From Bacteroidota bacterium (lineage in GTDB: Bacteria > Bacteroidota > Bacteroidia > Bacteroidales > VadinHA17): a DNA stretch of 64,000 nt. This document shows positions 28,866 through 38,585 of the stretch, in pieces. Below the pieces are notes generated by a model. The model searched no databases, was not told where the DNA came from, and saw nothing but the letters and a program-made list of their open reading frames with translations. Position 1 is the first letter of the stretch; every line of letters starts with the position of its first letter. The position numbers and the translations under genes are program-made. The stretch spans positions 4,815 to 68,814 of the forward strand of contig DRPN01000138.1 in assembly GCA_011374625.1 (NCBI GenBank), in the 5' to 3' direction.

Positions 28866-29948
28866 TTGAGAACAGAAAAAATCTGCATATTTATCAGAGC
28901 CTTAAAGGCCGGAGGGGCTGAAAAACAGAGTTTATTGCTGGCAAAAGTCCTGAAAGAGGAATTTGACGTATTTCTTCTGGTACAAAATGGGAATGATCCT
29001 GACAACAGATACCTGCGTTTTGCAAGAGAAAACCGGATAAAACTGATAATGCCAGAAGGGACTCAGATAGCAAGGCTGGCACATTTGTATACTTTCTTCA
29101 GAAAAAATGAAATACATCTAATTTTTTCATTTCTGACAAGCGATAATTTCTGGTCGGCTATTCTTGGAAAATTGACAGGGGTCAGGTTTCTGGTCGGAAG
29201 TATACGCAACGAGCAACTACCCGGATATAAAGAATATATTACCAGGTTATTGCAAAAATATATGCTGGATTACATAATTTTTAACAGTTATTCCGGTCTG
29301 AACTCATTTATTCGGAAAGGTTTTGTGCCGCAGAAATCTCTGGTCATTCATAATTGCATCGAAATAACATCACCCGTCATAACCAGGGAAAAGAAAAACA
29401 AAATCAAAATTCTTACCGTTGCCCGGTTCGTACCACAGAAGGATTTATATACTGCTTTAAAGGCTGTTTGGTATCTGAAAAAACTGCTTGTTCGGGAACC
29501 AATGGATATTGAATACGATATTGTCGGTTTCGGTAAGCAGGAGGCACAGATAAAAAAATGGATTACTGAATATGATTTATCAAAGAATGTTCGGCTTATT
29601 ATCCATCCGGAAAACCTGACAGAATATTTTGAAGAAGCCGATATCTATTTGAGTACCTCTTTATTTGAAGGTTTGTCAAATTCCATCCTTGAAGCCTTGA
29701 GTTACTCTCTTCCGGTGGTTGCTACCGATGTGGGTGACAACCAACTGATCGTGAAAAACAGGGTCAATGGATATATTGTACCAGTAGGGGAATATCAGGA
29801 AATTGCACAGAGGCTTTCCGAACTGGTGGATTCTTACGAAAAAAGGATTTCCTTTGGTTTGAATGGATATAAACTCCTGGAAAAGAATTTTTCAATGAGC
29901 AAATTCCGGGATGAATACATCCGTTTAATACATTCTCGTATCAAATAG
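28866..29948 (+). CDS. Glycosyltransferase GT4
   Basis: 360 aa from a TTG start. Motifs are ICIFIRALKAGGAEKQ, ILTVARFVPQKD and YLSTSLFEGLSNSILEALSYSLPVVATDVGDN. Confidence 0.8.
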   Translation: MRTEKICIFIRALKAGGAEKQSLLLAKVLKEEFDVFLLVQNGNDPDNRYLRFARENRIKLIMPEGTQIARLAHLYTFFRKNEIHLIFSFLTSDNFWSAILGKLTGVRFLVGSIRNEQLPGYKEYITRLLQKYMLDYIIFNSYSGLNSFIRKGFVPQKSLVIHNCIEITSPVITREKKNKIKILTVARFVPQKDLYTALKAVWYLKKLLVREPMDIEYDIVGFGKQEAQIKKWITEYDLSKNVRLIIHPENLTEYFEEADIYLSTSLFEGLSNSILEALSYSLPVVATDVGDNQLIVKNRVNGYIVPVGEYQEIAQRLSELVDSYEKRISFGLNGYKLLEKNFSMSKFRDEYIRLIHSRIK

Positions 29949-29955
29949 CTTATTT

Positions 29956-31068
29956 ATGAAACCAAAGCTCGCTTATATCGGAGTGAAATATTATCCGTCA
30001 AAAGGAGGAACCAGCAGGGTGGTTGAGAACCTGACAAGGAAGCTGAAAGATCACTATGATATCACTGTATATTGCTACCGCAACAGGATGGCAAAAGGAT
30101 ATATTCCTGGTGTTCATGTGGTTTCATTGCCTTCTTTGCCTTTCGGCAGTTTCGGGGTTTTTGTTTACTATATTCTGTGTACTGCGCATGCCTTATTGTA
30201 CGGTAAATATGATCTTGTTCATGTTCATAAAATTGATGCGGCATTCGTTATTCCCATTCTTTCAAAAAAATTCAGGGTCGTAGCCACGTCCCATGAATCA
30301 CCCTATCTAAGAGATAAGTGGAACTGGCTGGGGAAAAAGTATTTTTTACTCTGTGAAAAAATATTTATCCGTTCCTCTGCTACTCTTACTTCCATATCCC
30401 GGCCCCTGACCGATTATTATATGTCTAAATATCAAAAAAAAGTTTGGTTCATCCCCAATGGGATCGAAATCACAGAGAAGATGGATATGAAAGGGGCATC
30501 CGTGATCCTGCAAAAATATGATATCCATAAGGGCTACGTGATGTTCGCTGCCAGGAGGATTATGGGTACCAAAGGGATACATACCCTGCTTGAAGCACTG
30601 GAATACATTCACTACAAGGGAGATGTAGTGATAGCCGGCGATGCTTCCCATGCTCCTCAACTCATAAAGAAGCTGACCCTGAAACATGCAGAATTGAATC
30701 TTAAATTCATTGGATATGTGGATCATCTCGGAGTATTGCTTGCCCTGGTCAGGCAGGCAGAGCTCTTTATATTCCCTTCTGAAACCGAAGGTATGTCCAT
30801 CATGTTGCTTGAAGTGGCCAGTACGGGCACACCGCTGATATGCAGCGATATACCTGAGAATACGCAGATATTTACCGGGGATGAAGTGACTTACTTCAGG
30901 AATAAAGATGCTACGGATTTAGGGAATAAGATTACTGAAGCACTGGATGATATGAAAGCCCTTAATAAAAAAGCCGATAACGCAGTCAGAAAGATAAAAA
31001 AAGTGTATCTGTGGGATAGAATAGTTACTGAATACAAAGTGTTATATGGCTCTGTGCTAAATAATTGA
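29956..31068 (+). CDS. Glycosyltransferase GT4
   Basis: 370 aa with LAYIGVKYYPSKGGTSRVVENL, VMFAARRIMGTKG and LFIFPSETEGMSIMLLEVASTGTPLICSDIPEN. Confidence 0.8.
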   Translation: MKPKLAYIGVKYYPSKGGTSRVVENLTRKLKDHYDITVYCYRNRMAKGYIPGVHVVSLPSLPFGSFGVFVYYILCTAHALLYGKYDLVHVHKIDAAFVIPILSKKFRVVATSHESPYLRDKWNWLGKKYFLLCEKIFIRSSATLTSISRPLTDYYMSKYQKKVWFIPNGIEITEKMDMKGASVILQKYDIHKGYVMFAARRIMGTKGIHTLLEALEYIHYKGDVVIAGDASHAPQLIKKLTLKHAELNLKFIGYVDHLGVLLALVRQAELFIFPSETEGMSIMLLEVASTGTPLICSDIPENTQIFTGDEVTYFRNKDATDLGNKITEALDDMKALNKKADNAVRKIKKVYLWDRIVTEYKVLYGSVLNN

Positions 31069-31125
31069 ATATTAATAAACTTTTGATATTCAGCAATAAT
31101 TCTAACCTGTGTAAATTGTCATCTT

Positions 31126-31848
31126 ATGAGAATATCTTTTCATTTCAGGTACTGGATATTGCCTCTGCTGGTTATTACACCGTTGATCATGATGTATTTT
31201 TCAGGGATCCGGTGGGCCCGGGAGCTTGTATGTCCTTCTGTGAACTGGGAACTGGGTATTGTGGAAAACCTGCAACTGGTTTTGCTACTAATGATGTTTA
31301 TTGTGTCTGTAATGGCTGTTAAAAAGAAAAAAACCCGGATTGAAAAAATGGCATTTATCTTACTGGCATTTTTCACCTTATTCGTATTTCTTGAAGAAAT
31401 TGACTACGGAAAACATTTTTTAGCATATTTTAAAGGGCATACCGATACATTCTTTCGTGACCTGACAGGACGAAGCAATATTCATAACCTGGGTAATAAT
31501 GCCAGATTGTTTAAACGATCCATTTATCTGCTGATGCTGGCATTATTTATCATTGCCCCGCTTGTTGCACATCGGATTAAAAACCCAGTCATCCGATATC
31601 TGATACCGGCCAAATGGTTTATTATTACCTCTGTCATTACCGTTTTTTCATATGTGATTCCCAGGTTGCTGGTTGATCTGAATGTTTTTGAAGACGGTGG
31701 TTTTGGAGTGAATATCGGAGAGTTTTCTGAAATTATGGTATACTATATTTTTTTTCTGTATATGTATGAATTGGTTTTCGGGAAAGATTACAGTACCTAT
31801 CAATCCCGAAATATGGAAAGCCAACACGTGAAGAATAATCAAACTTAG
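31126..31848 (+). CDS. Hypothetical polytopic membrane protein (about 6 TM)
   Basis: 240 aa with clear hydrophobic helices (ILPLLVITPLIMMYF, LQLVLLLMMFIVSVMAV, MAFILLAFFTLFVFL ...). It is the last plus-strand gene of the locus. Its stop overlaps the convergent stop of 31845.. by 4 nt. Confidence 0.55.
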   Translation: MRISFHFRYWILPLLVITPLIMMYFSGIRWARELVCPSVNWELGIVENLQLVLLLMMFIVSVMAVKKKKTRIEKMAFILLAFFTLFVFLEEIDYGKHFLAYFKGHTDTFFRDLTGRSNIHNLGNNARLFKRSIYLLMLALFIIAPLVAHRIKNPVIRYLIPAKWFIITSVITVFSYVIPRLLVDLNVFEDGGFGVNIGEFSEIMVYYIFFLYMYELVFGKDYSTYQSRNMESQHVKNNQT

Positions 31849-33441
31849 CGGTATTTCTGAAAAACCTCTTTATCAAGTGTCCTGACATTATTTTTGAATG
31901 CAGCCACAAACGCCTGAGGGTATCCGGCTGTCCGGCATTTTTTCTGAAGCTCTATGGCCGGACCTACCCGGTTGAATTTGCCGATGGTGTATCGATAGGC
32001 ACCGCTGTAAAAATATTCAGAGCTTTCGTATGTAACGCCTTCAATGGTTACGGTAAATGTACCCAGTGATTTTGTTGAAGCGGTAATTTGCACCCTGAAA
32101 TCGATGGTCTCTTCGGTTTTGGTTTCCGGCTGTTCTGCCGGAGTTTCAGGCCTGCTTTCCTGTACGGAGGTTTTGGCCGGTTCGGGGGGTGGTATGACAG
32201 ATTCAGCTGCCTTTGATTTTTCAGCAGACAGAGTGTCATCGGTGGTTTTTTGTTCTTCCTGTAATGTAATTTCCGTGGAGGTCTTTTTTTTATCAATTTC
32301 TTTTTCAGTACCGGTTTTGTTTTCAGAAGTGTGAGAGGGAACAGACAGTACCAGAGTTGAAGCAGACAGGGATGGCTCCTGGTATGTGAATGCAAGGGAA
32401 TCAGCCGGAAACTGGCCTGCAAGGTAATTTTTCCCTGAAATGAGTGTGGCATCGAAAAGCTTCAGTACCTGGCGAGGCTGAAAACGGGTGGAGGAAAAAA
32501 AGGCCCTGGATGGATTGTCCCGGTCCATGACAAAGGCGAACTCATTATCCGGTGAATTGATCCCTTCTCCCAGGTTTACTGGTTCTGTCCATTTCTTGTG
32601 GTCAAATTTTGTCATAAAAATGTCGTAGCCACCAAAGCCCGGATGCCCATTGCTGCTGAAAAACAGGCTTTCCGGGTTCAGCAAAAAAGGGTGATTTTCG
32701 TTATCCGCCGTATTTACGGTACTTCCTATATTGACGGGCTTCCCCCAACCCTCTGAAGTTCTTACCACAATGTACAGATCATACCCCCCCCCGGCCACCA
32801 GGCATATCAGAAGAAAATACCATAATATTCCCGTCTGCCGATACAGAGGGCTGGGTGCATGAATATTCATCTCCGTTGAAAGGCAGTTCGGTTATGTTTT
32901 TTGACCACCCGGTTTTTCTTTTTTTGTGGCTGGTAATGTATTCGGTCTGGTATATCTTCTCAACTATCTTCCCTGTTGACCGGGCTTCTGTTTCGCGGGA
33001 AAAAAACATTGTTTTCTCATCTTGCGTAAAACTTACTGATTCAGAAGGAAAGGGAAATGCGTACAGGTTGGAAAACAGTTCAGGTTCGCCCATGGTATTT
33101 CCCTCAAGGGGAGCATAATAGGTATCGATGCTCCCAAAAGGAATTTCCATGTTTTTCTGGCCGGTTTTTGTATCGTACAGGTAAATGATCCCATTTTTGT
33201 AAAATTGAACTCCCGATGAGGGAGCGACCAGGTCAAGCCGCAGCAGGGATAATTCAGAAGAAAAAACCATTTCTTTCAGGATTCTTATGGAATCTTCTTC
33301 CTGGAAATTGTTGGTAGTAGTTCCGGTTCCGTAGGTTTGGTTCGTAAAGGGTATAATAAAAAAGCCGGGAAGAAGAATAAGCAACCCGCATAAGAAAAAT
33401 TGGGGCGATTTGATTTTTTGTGTAATCATCGTGAAGCACAT
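31845..33441 (-). pseudogene. PD40/TolB-like repeat protein with C-terminal SPOR domain, split by a +1 frameshift in a G9 tract
   Basis: ORF 32779..33441 has a signal peptide and ends ...VFSSDMPGGRGGV*. ORF 31845..32870 continues ...GGGYDLYIVVRTSEGWGKPVNIG... One G fewer would give the canonical PD40 junction SDMPGGRGGYDLYIV. The C-terminus FRVQITAS...YRYTIGKFN...AGYPQAFVAAF is SPOR-like. Confidence 0.65.
32784..32792 (-). repeat. Homopolymer G9 (C9 on + strand) at the frameshift site
   Basis: Counted directly: ata ccccccccc ggcc, nine C from 32784 to 32792. Confidence 0.9.
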
Positions 33442-33463
33442 AAATAGATTGTAATAATTCCGG

Positions 33464-34453
33464 TTACCAGTACCTGCTGTCTCCGAACCTGTTTTTCCCC
33501 TTACCCAGGTTAAGCCCTACCATGACCTCTGCCATTCCGCCATTGTAGCTCCATATACTGCTGAACGGGTATTCATAAGCCAGGCCAAAAACCCAGTTCT
33601 GGAACTGATATTGTCCCATGCATACCAGCCCATTGTTCATACGGTAAGAAACTCCAAGCACAGCAGTACGGAAGTAAAATTTCAGATTTAAGTCCAGTTT
33701 TTCATATAAATCATGGAGTGACGGATTTCCCGATCTTACCAAGATGGATGGTTCAAGTATGTAAGAATATTTGATATAGAATTTATATCCTGCAAGCAAG
33801 AAATACTGGCGTATAATGGGAGTATTTACGTAGCGGTCGTTTTCCCATTCTATTGAGTTCTCAAAAAGCTGGTTGGACGATATTCCGGCATATAAGCTTC
33901 TTCCATAATAATAAATTCCGAAATTGGCATCGGGAATGGATGTAGGTTGTGGGCCTTCATCGATCAATGGATCCCGGAGGGTGTTCAGGTCTCCATAAAA
34001 TAAGGAATATAACATGATGTTGGCAGAGAGACCAAAGGAAAGGTGTGATATGGAAGTCCGGCTCAAAGGAACATGATAGGCATAGGTGGCCTGCAACCCG
34101 GTTTTTCGTAAGGGGCCGTTAATATCATTGTATATGTATGCTCCCAATCCCACATTGGTAAATTCTGAACCCTGTTTTACTATTTTTCCCCTCAGTCTTC
34201 TGTAATTAGGGATCCTGGTCTGGAAAGTCAGTACCTGGGTCCTGGGTGCGTTGGCAATTTTTTCCACATTTTGCCTGGATGAGAGGGTGAAAACATAGAA
34301 ATCCTTACTTCCTGCAATGGCCGGATTAATGAGGTATGGGGCAAATATATACTGACTCTGGAAATAAATGGGGATTTCCTGAGGATAGGTCTTGATATTC
34401 AAAATAGCGAAGAATATCAACAGGATGGAAGTATTGCGGACATGTGTTTTCAT
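33464..34453 (-). CDS. Type IX secretion system membrane protein, PorP/SprF family
   Basis: 329 aa. After the signal peptide comes the family N-terminus QSQYIFAPYLINPAIAGS, followed by a beta-barrel-like alternating pattern to the C-terminus. It lies directly downstream of a type-B CTD cargo gene, as is usual for this family. Confidence 0.8.
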   Translation of the reverse strand: MKTHVRNTSILLIFFAILNIKTYPQEIPIYFQSQYIFAPYLINPAIAGSKDFYVFTLSSRQNVEKIANAPRTQVLTFQTRIPNYRRLRGKIVKQGSEFTNVGLGAYIYNDINGPLRKTGLQATYAYHVPLSRTSISHLSFGLSANIMLYSLFYGDLNTLRDPLIDEGPQPTSIPDANFGIYYYGRSLYAGISSNQLFENSIEWENDRYVNTPIIRQYFLLAGYKFYIKYSYILEPSILVRSGNPSLHDLYEKLDLNLKFYFRTAVLGVSYRMNNGLVCMGQYQFQNWVFGLAYEYPFSSIWSYNGGMAEVMVGLNLGKGKNRFGDSRYW

Positions 34454-34635
34454 CGCATTAACATGGGCTTATGTGATGTTGTCTGTTTATCCTTCAATAA
34501 GTAAATTACTGTCCTATTCATGCATCAACAGTGATTATGAAAATGGCTTCACCGTGCTCCCCGATGGAAAGTCTCATTGACCCCGTAGCCCTGACGCTGA
34601 CTTCGCCATCTCAGGGTTCAATTTCGACTATTCCA

Positions 34636-37143
34636 TTACCTTAATACGGTAACGTATCCTTTGATAGGTTTTCTTCCTTGTCCTAAATCTATCACATACA
34701 AATAATTTCCCATGGGCACCAGTTCTCCGTTTACCGTCCCGTTCCAGCTGCTGTCGGTGCCCCGGTACTCAATCAGCAGCCGGTTGTTCCGGTCGTAAAT
34801 TTTGATAATGGCCTCGGGGTATTCCCTGATAAAGGGCAGGCTCCAGTAGTCGTTAAACCCGTCACCATTGGGTGTAAAAATATTGATGATGCCATATCCC
34901 AGCTCCATTTCACTGACCTGTATAACCAGTGAATCGGAAAACATACCCGCTCCGCATTCATTTATACCCCTGACCGAAAGATAACAATTTCCGAAAAAGG
35001 ACTCATTCCATGTGATCCGGCAACGGTCCCCCAGGTTGGTTATGGTCCCGGCGTTTGCTGGGAATAGGTCCCACTCATAGCTGATAACATCTGAAAACGT
35101 TTCATGCAGGCTATATTCTTTATCCGGTGAGTTCTGATAGAGGGAAACAGGACCTTCCGGGGTAACAGGAGCTTTTGGAAGAGGATCCACATGTATGTTC
35201 AGGGGAGGTGAAATGGCTGCGAAACCGATGGGGCCGTATGCATTGTATGACAGGGCGCAGCTACCATAGAAATCTGGTTCCCAGTCGATAATAGCTGTTT
35301 TTCCATCGCTGGTTACCGTTCCGGCATCATCGGGTGTAACTTGCCAGGTGTAGGTATTTGCATTTTCCGATCCAACTGTGGTGTATTGAATGTCTTGGCT
35401 TCCCTGGCATACAATTTCCGGACCGGCGGGTTTTGCTTCACTGGGAAGCAGTTCAGGGGAACCCAGTCCCATAGCATAAAGCCATTCCTGCAGGTTGGTA
35501 AAGCCGTCGCCGGTATTGTCGTCATGAGGATTTTCCTCCGGATAGGAATCTATGGAAGTAAGTGGTCTGGTTTCCGTTGCATAGGCCGGCCATCCGACTC
35601 CCTCTTCACCATAATATGTGCCATCGGGTATACCGAAAATACTATAAGCGCCATTGATGGTCAATGATTGAGAAGGCCCGATATTGAGCGTCCTGAAACC
35701 AATATATGTATTCCCCGGGCAGATGAAGGTTTCCACTCCGGCAGGTAATTGTGGGTTGATGAGGTCCAGAACTTCATGGATAGAAGTACATTTTTGATTG
35801 AGCTGAATGGTTTTCCCGTTCAGGGAAAAACTTTTGGGATTGGCCTGCCAGTCATACCCGTTCAACATGTATCCGGCGGATGTCCCGGTCACCGTCCGGC
35901 TGAAATTATAGGCTCTGGCCGGAAGGGGGGCCGGGCTGTTGATTGCATGACCGGTACGGTTTCTTACATTCTCAACGATTCTTTGGTCAATTTCGTCGCG
36001 TTTAAAAGGTTTGGTGCCTACGTTGCTCAGTACGTAGTCTTCTACGTTGGATGCATTCAATATACTGTATCCTTCCAGAGGTACAGGGGATGTATTTGCA
36101 AGCTGAAAATCAGGATTTCCGAAATAAAACTTGTCCCGTTCCTTAATATTGGGATTTTCCAGTGATTTGACACACATATTGTCAGAAGCATATATTTTGG
36201 CATCCGGGTGAATGTCTGCCATGATCAGTCCGGCCAGTTTGGTCAGGGAAGAGGTGGAGGCATCCGGAGCTGGTAATGCTACATTCCCCACATAAGCAAT
36301 GTTTACTTTTCCACTCTGAAAATTGGGGCCAATTCTCAGGTTTGAATTATACATCATGTTATTCATTATTACTATATTATTAGCACGGGTGAGAGGGTGT
36401 CTGTCCATGCTGTAGGCATAAAGATTGTTCTTCAGGGTGATATTATTGGCCTGGTCAATAAGCATGGCATACCCGTGATCTTCCGGTTCATGGTCCCCGT
36501 ATTCGTTGTAGTGCAAAGACTGATCCAGCGGTTCTGAAAAGATGCAGTTACTCATAGTAAGGTTTTCGGGCTGGGTCATGCCAATAATTTCATCTATGCC
36601 CCAGGAAAAGGAACAATGGTCAATGATTACATTTTTTGCATCCGAGTAGATTGAGAGGCAATCCCGGCTGCTGCCGTCAATGCCGTTGAGATCGTCACCA
36701 TGTCTGATCCTGATATGCTGCATAATAACATCATGTGTTTTCAGGACTACCATTGTGCCTATGATGGTGATACCGGGTCCGGGGGCTGTTTGTCCGGCGA
36801 CAGTTAAATAAGGATTGGTAATGGAGATGTATTTAAACGTTGAAAAGTCCAGTGTTCTGTAGTCAATAACTCCTCCCACCTCAAATAAAACAATTCGGGG
36901 ATACGGCCGGTTGATGCACCAGCGGAAAGTTCCCCTTCCGGTTGCTTCATCCCCGAAATCGCCCGGATCCAGATTATCTACGATCAGTATTTTCGGGGTA
37001 GCACTTCCACTGTAGGCCCCTCTTGTTTTTGCTCCGTATCCTTCAGCCTCTGGAAAAGCCAGTTGTGCATATGCGCAGGTATGAATCAAACCGAAAAGTA
37101 ACAGCAGGTATCCTGCTTTCCTGTGTAGAAAGTGTTTTTTCAT
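34636..37143 (-). CDS. Secreted pectate-lyase-fold (right-handed beta-helix) protein with Ig-like repeats and a T9SS type-B C-terminal sorting domain
   Basis: The likely start is ATG at 37143 (MKKHFLHRKAGYLLLLFGLIHTCAYAQ), not the track start at 37236. The N-terminus AFPEAEGYGAKTRGAY is typical of PL1-like enzymes. Two Ig/PKD-like repeats each contain Y.W...P..AGT. The C-terminus IFTPNGDGFNDYW...GNYLYVI...KGYVTVLR is the gliding-motility-associated (type B) CTD. Confidence 0.8.
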   Translation of the reverse strand: MKKHFLHRKAGYLLLLFGLIHTCAYAQLAFPEAEGYGAKTRGAYSGSATPKILIVDNLDPGDFGDEATGRGTFRWCINRPYPRIVLFEVGGVIDYRTLDFSTFKYISITNPYLTVAGQTAPGPGITIIGTMVVLKTHDVIMQHIRIRHGDDLNGIDGSSRDCLSIYSDAKNVIIDHCSFSWGIDEIIGMTQPENLTMSNCIFSEPLDQSLHYNEYGDHEPEDHGYAMLIDQANNITLKNNLYAYSMDRHPLTRANNIVIMNNMMYNSNLRIGPNFQSGKVNIAYVGNVALPAPDASTSSLTKLAGLIMADIHPDAKIYASDNMCVKSLENPNIKERDKFYFGNPDFQLANTSPVPLEGYSILNASNVEDYVLSNVGTKPFKRDEIDQRIVENVRNRTGHAINSPAPLPARAYNFSRTVTGTSAGYMLNGYDWQANPKSFSLNGKTIQLNQKCTSIHEVLDLINPQLPAGVETFICPGNTYIGFRTLNIGPSQSLTINGAYSIFGIPDGTYYGEEGVGWPAYATETRPLTSIDSYPEENPHDDNTGDGFTNLQEWLYAMGLGSPELLPSEAKPAGPEIVCQGSQDIQYTTVGSENANTYTWQVTPDDAGTVTSDGKTAIIDWEPDFYGSCALSYNAYGPIGFAAISPPLNIHVDPLPKAPVTPEGPVSLYQNSPDKEYSLHETFSDVISYEWDLFPANAGTITNLGDRCRITWNESFFGNCYLSVRGINECGAGMFSDSLVIQVSEMELGYGIINIFTPNGDGFNDYWSLPFIREYPEAIIKIYDRNNRLLIEYRGTDSSWNGTVNGELVPMGNYLYVIDLGQGRKPIKGYVTVLR

Positions 37144-37435
37144 ACTTGTATACTCAGGATTTTTTACATCAATCAAAATCAATGAGTTATGCCAATAATG
37201 AAAAAGATAACAAAGTTTCCTGTTGTTAAACGACAAATTTTACCGGCTCGTTGGGTGAATCATATTAACATATATCACCCTTTATGTTTGTATATATTAT
37301 TTTGTGGTTATTATTTAACGTGTTGGACAATTCTTTATGAAAGATCGATCATTTTAATGAATTAGTCAAGCTTCAAATCAGTGAATAACATTCTGTAAGT
37401 TTCCTTTTTCGGTTATTGGCAATCCAGATAAGGGG

Positions 37436-38506
37436 TTATATTCTACGGGTAGATGGAGAATCCGCTATCCGGAGGCACGGATTCAGATCGGAATATTTTT
37501 CAAACCATATTATCCATAAAATGAATACGATAACATACGTAATGAAATTATAGGTGTTATGCACATAAACAGAAGCCATGTAATCCCCGTATTTCTGAAT
37601 ATGTATGAAAAGCAGCACGAAACGTAATATATTAACTGCTGTTAATATCAAGAGGCCTGAACCGATGGCCATCCATGTGGTTTTTTTTCGGTTTCCTGTA
37701 AGAAATACCAGAGCGGCGAAAAGGTACATCGTGGATATTCCCAGGCAGCTTTTTGAGGCATAAATGGCCCCGTTGTTTCCAATCAGATAAAATGGCTCGA
37801 CAAAGGATTCGTATCCGAACCATGCCAGGATTTTTTGAGAAGCTGTAAAAAGGAAAGTGATCCAGTATAGAAAATCAAAATATCCGACGATCAGATACCT
37901 GATTATTACGAACAGAAAGATGGCCAGGATGATTTCATTGAGCTTTCTGTATATCGTTCCCGCATTCATGCCCGGCAGCCTTTGGGCGATATATTTTCTG
38001 TTCAACCTGATCCAGAAATATAACCAGGCAACAAGACATATAATGCTGAAGGCTGATGCCATATCTTTTGCCTGTGTATGAGTGAAATGACTAATGAGAT
38101 GGGCATAGATTGCCATGAGCAGTGAAACAGAAACAGTATATACCAATGCCAGTATGAAAGAAAAAATTGTCCTTAATCTGGGTGTGCTGGGAGTCAAAAT
38201 GACTGCGGATATTAGCAGGTAGAGCCATTTTTTAATCATAAACTGATGGCCGATGGCAATAACCCGGAGGTTGTCCGCAACCATGTTATGTTCTGTTATT
38301 TGTGCTGCCGATCCGATCTTACCCAAAAGAAAATTGGTAATGGACCGGACCAGCTCCATGTAGCTGTTGAATAAGGGGTTCAACAGAGACATAGTCGCTT
38401 CTGAATTGACAATGAGTATTTTATAAATAATGTAAACAGATAGAAGAATGCATATCTTGAGTATCAGTAATACCACTGGTTTATTTGATGCTATCCGGAC
38501 AGACAT
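37436..38506 (-). CDS. Exosortase/archaeosortase-like polytopic membrane protein
   Basis: 356 aa with about 8-9 TM helices. The C-terminal half carries, in the order seen in exosortases, Cys254 (ASKSCLGIS), Asn292-x-x-Arg295 (AVNILRF) and His316 (VYVHNTY). It resembles XrtF-type proteins as I recall them (..EGCNA..; N..R; H). This is a by-eye assignment. Confidence 0.45.
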   Translation of the reverse strand: MSVRIASNKPVVLLILKICILLSVYIIYKILIVNSEATMSLLNPLFNSYMELVRSITNFLLGKIGSAAQITEHNMVADNLRVIAIGHQFMIKKWLYLLISAVILTPSTPRLRTIFSFILALVYTVSVSLLMAIYAHLISHFTHTQAKDMASAFSIICLVAWLYFWIRLNRKYIAQRLPGMNAGTIYRKLNEIILAIFLFVIIRYLIVGYFDFLYWITFLFTASQKILAWFGYESFVEPFYLIGNNGAIYASKSCLGISTMYLFAALVFLTGNRKKTTWMAIGSGLLILTAVNILRFVLLFIHIQKYGDYMASVYVHNTYNFITYVIVFILWIIWFEKYSDLNPCLRIADSPSTRRI

Positions 38507-38585
38507 TTTCTTTCTTGAGAAAAGATATTCTTATGTTCCAGGGAGTTATAAAAAACCTCTTTTCGGGAAGGGGATTCGCACAGGA

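Noticed and set aside
31065-31322. 85-aa ORF with a Cys-rich C-terminus (CMSFCELGTGYCGKPATGFATNDVYCVCNGC) that looks superficially like a RiPP or bacteriocin precursor
   Set aside because: It uses a TTG start and overlaps, in another frame, the 5' part of the clearly membrane-protein-like ORF 31126..31848. No maturation enzymes are specifically linked to it. Transcript or peptide data might justify another look.
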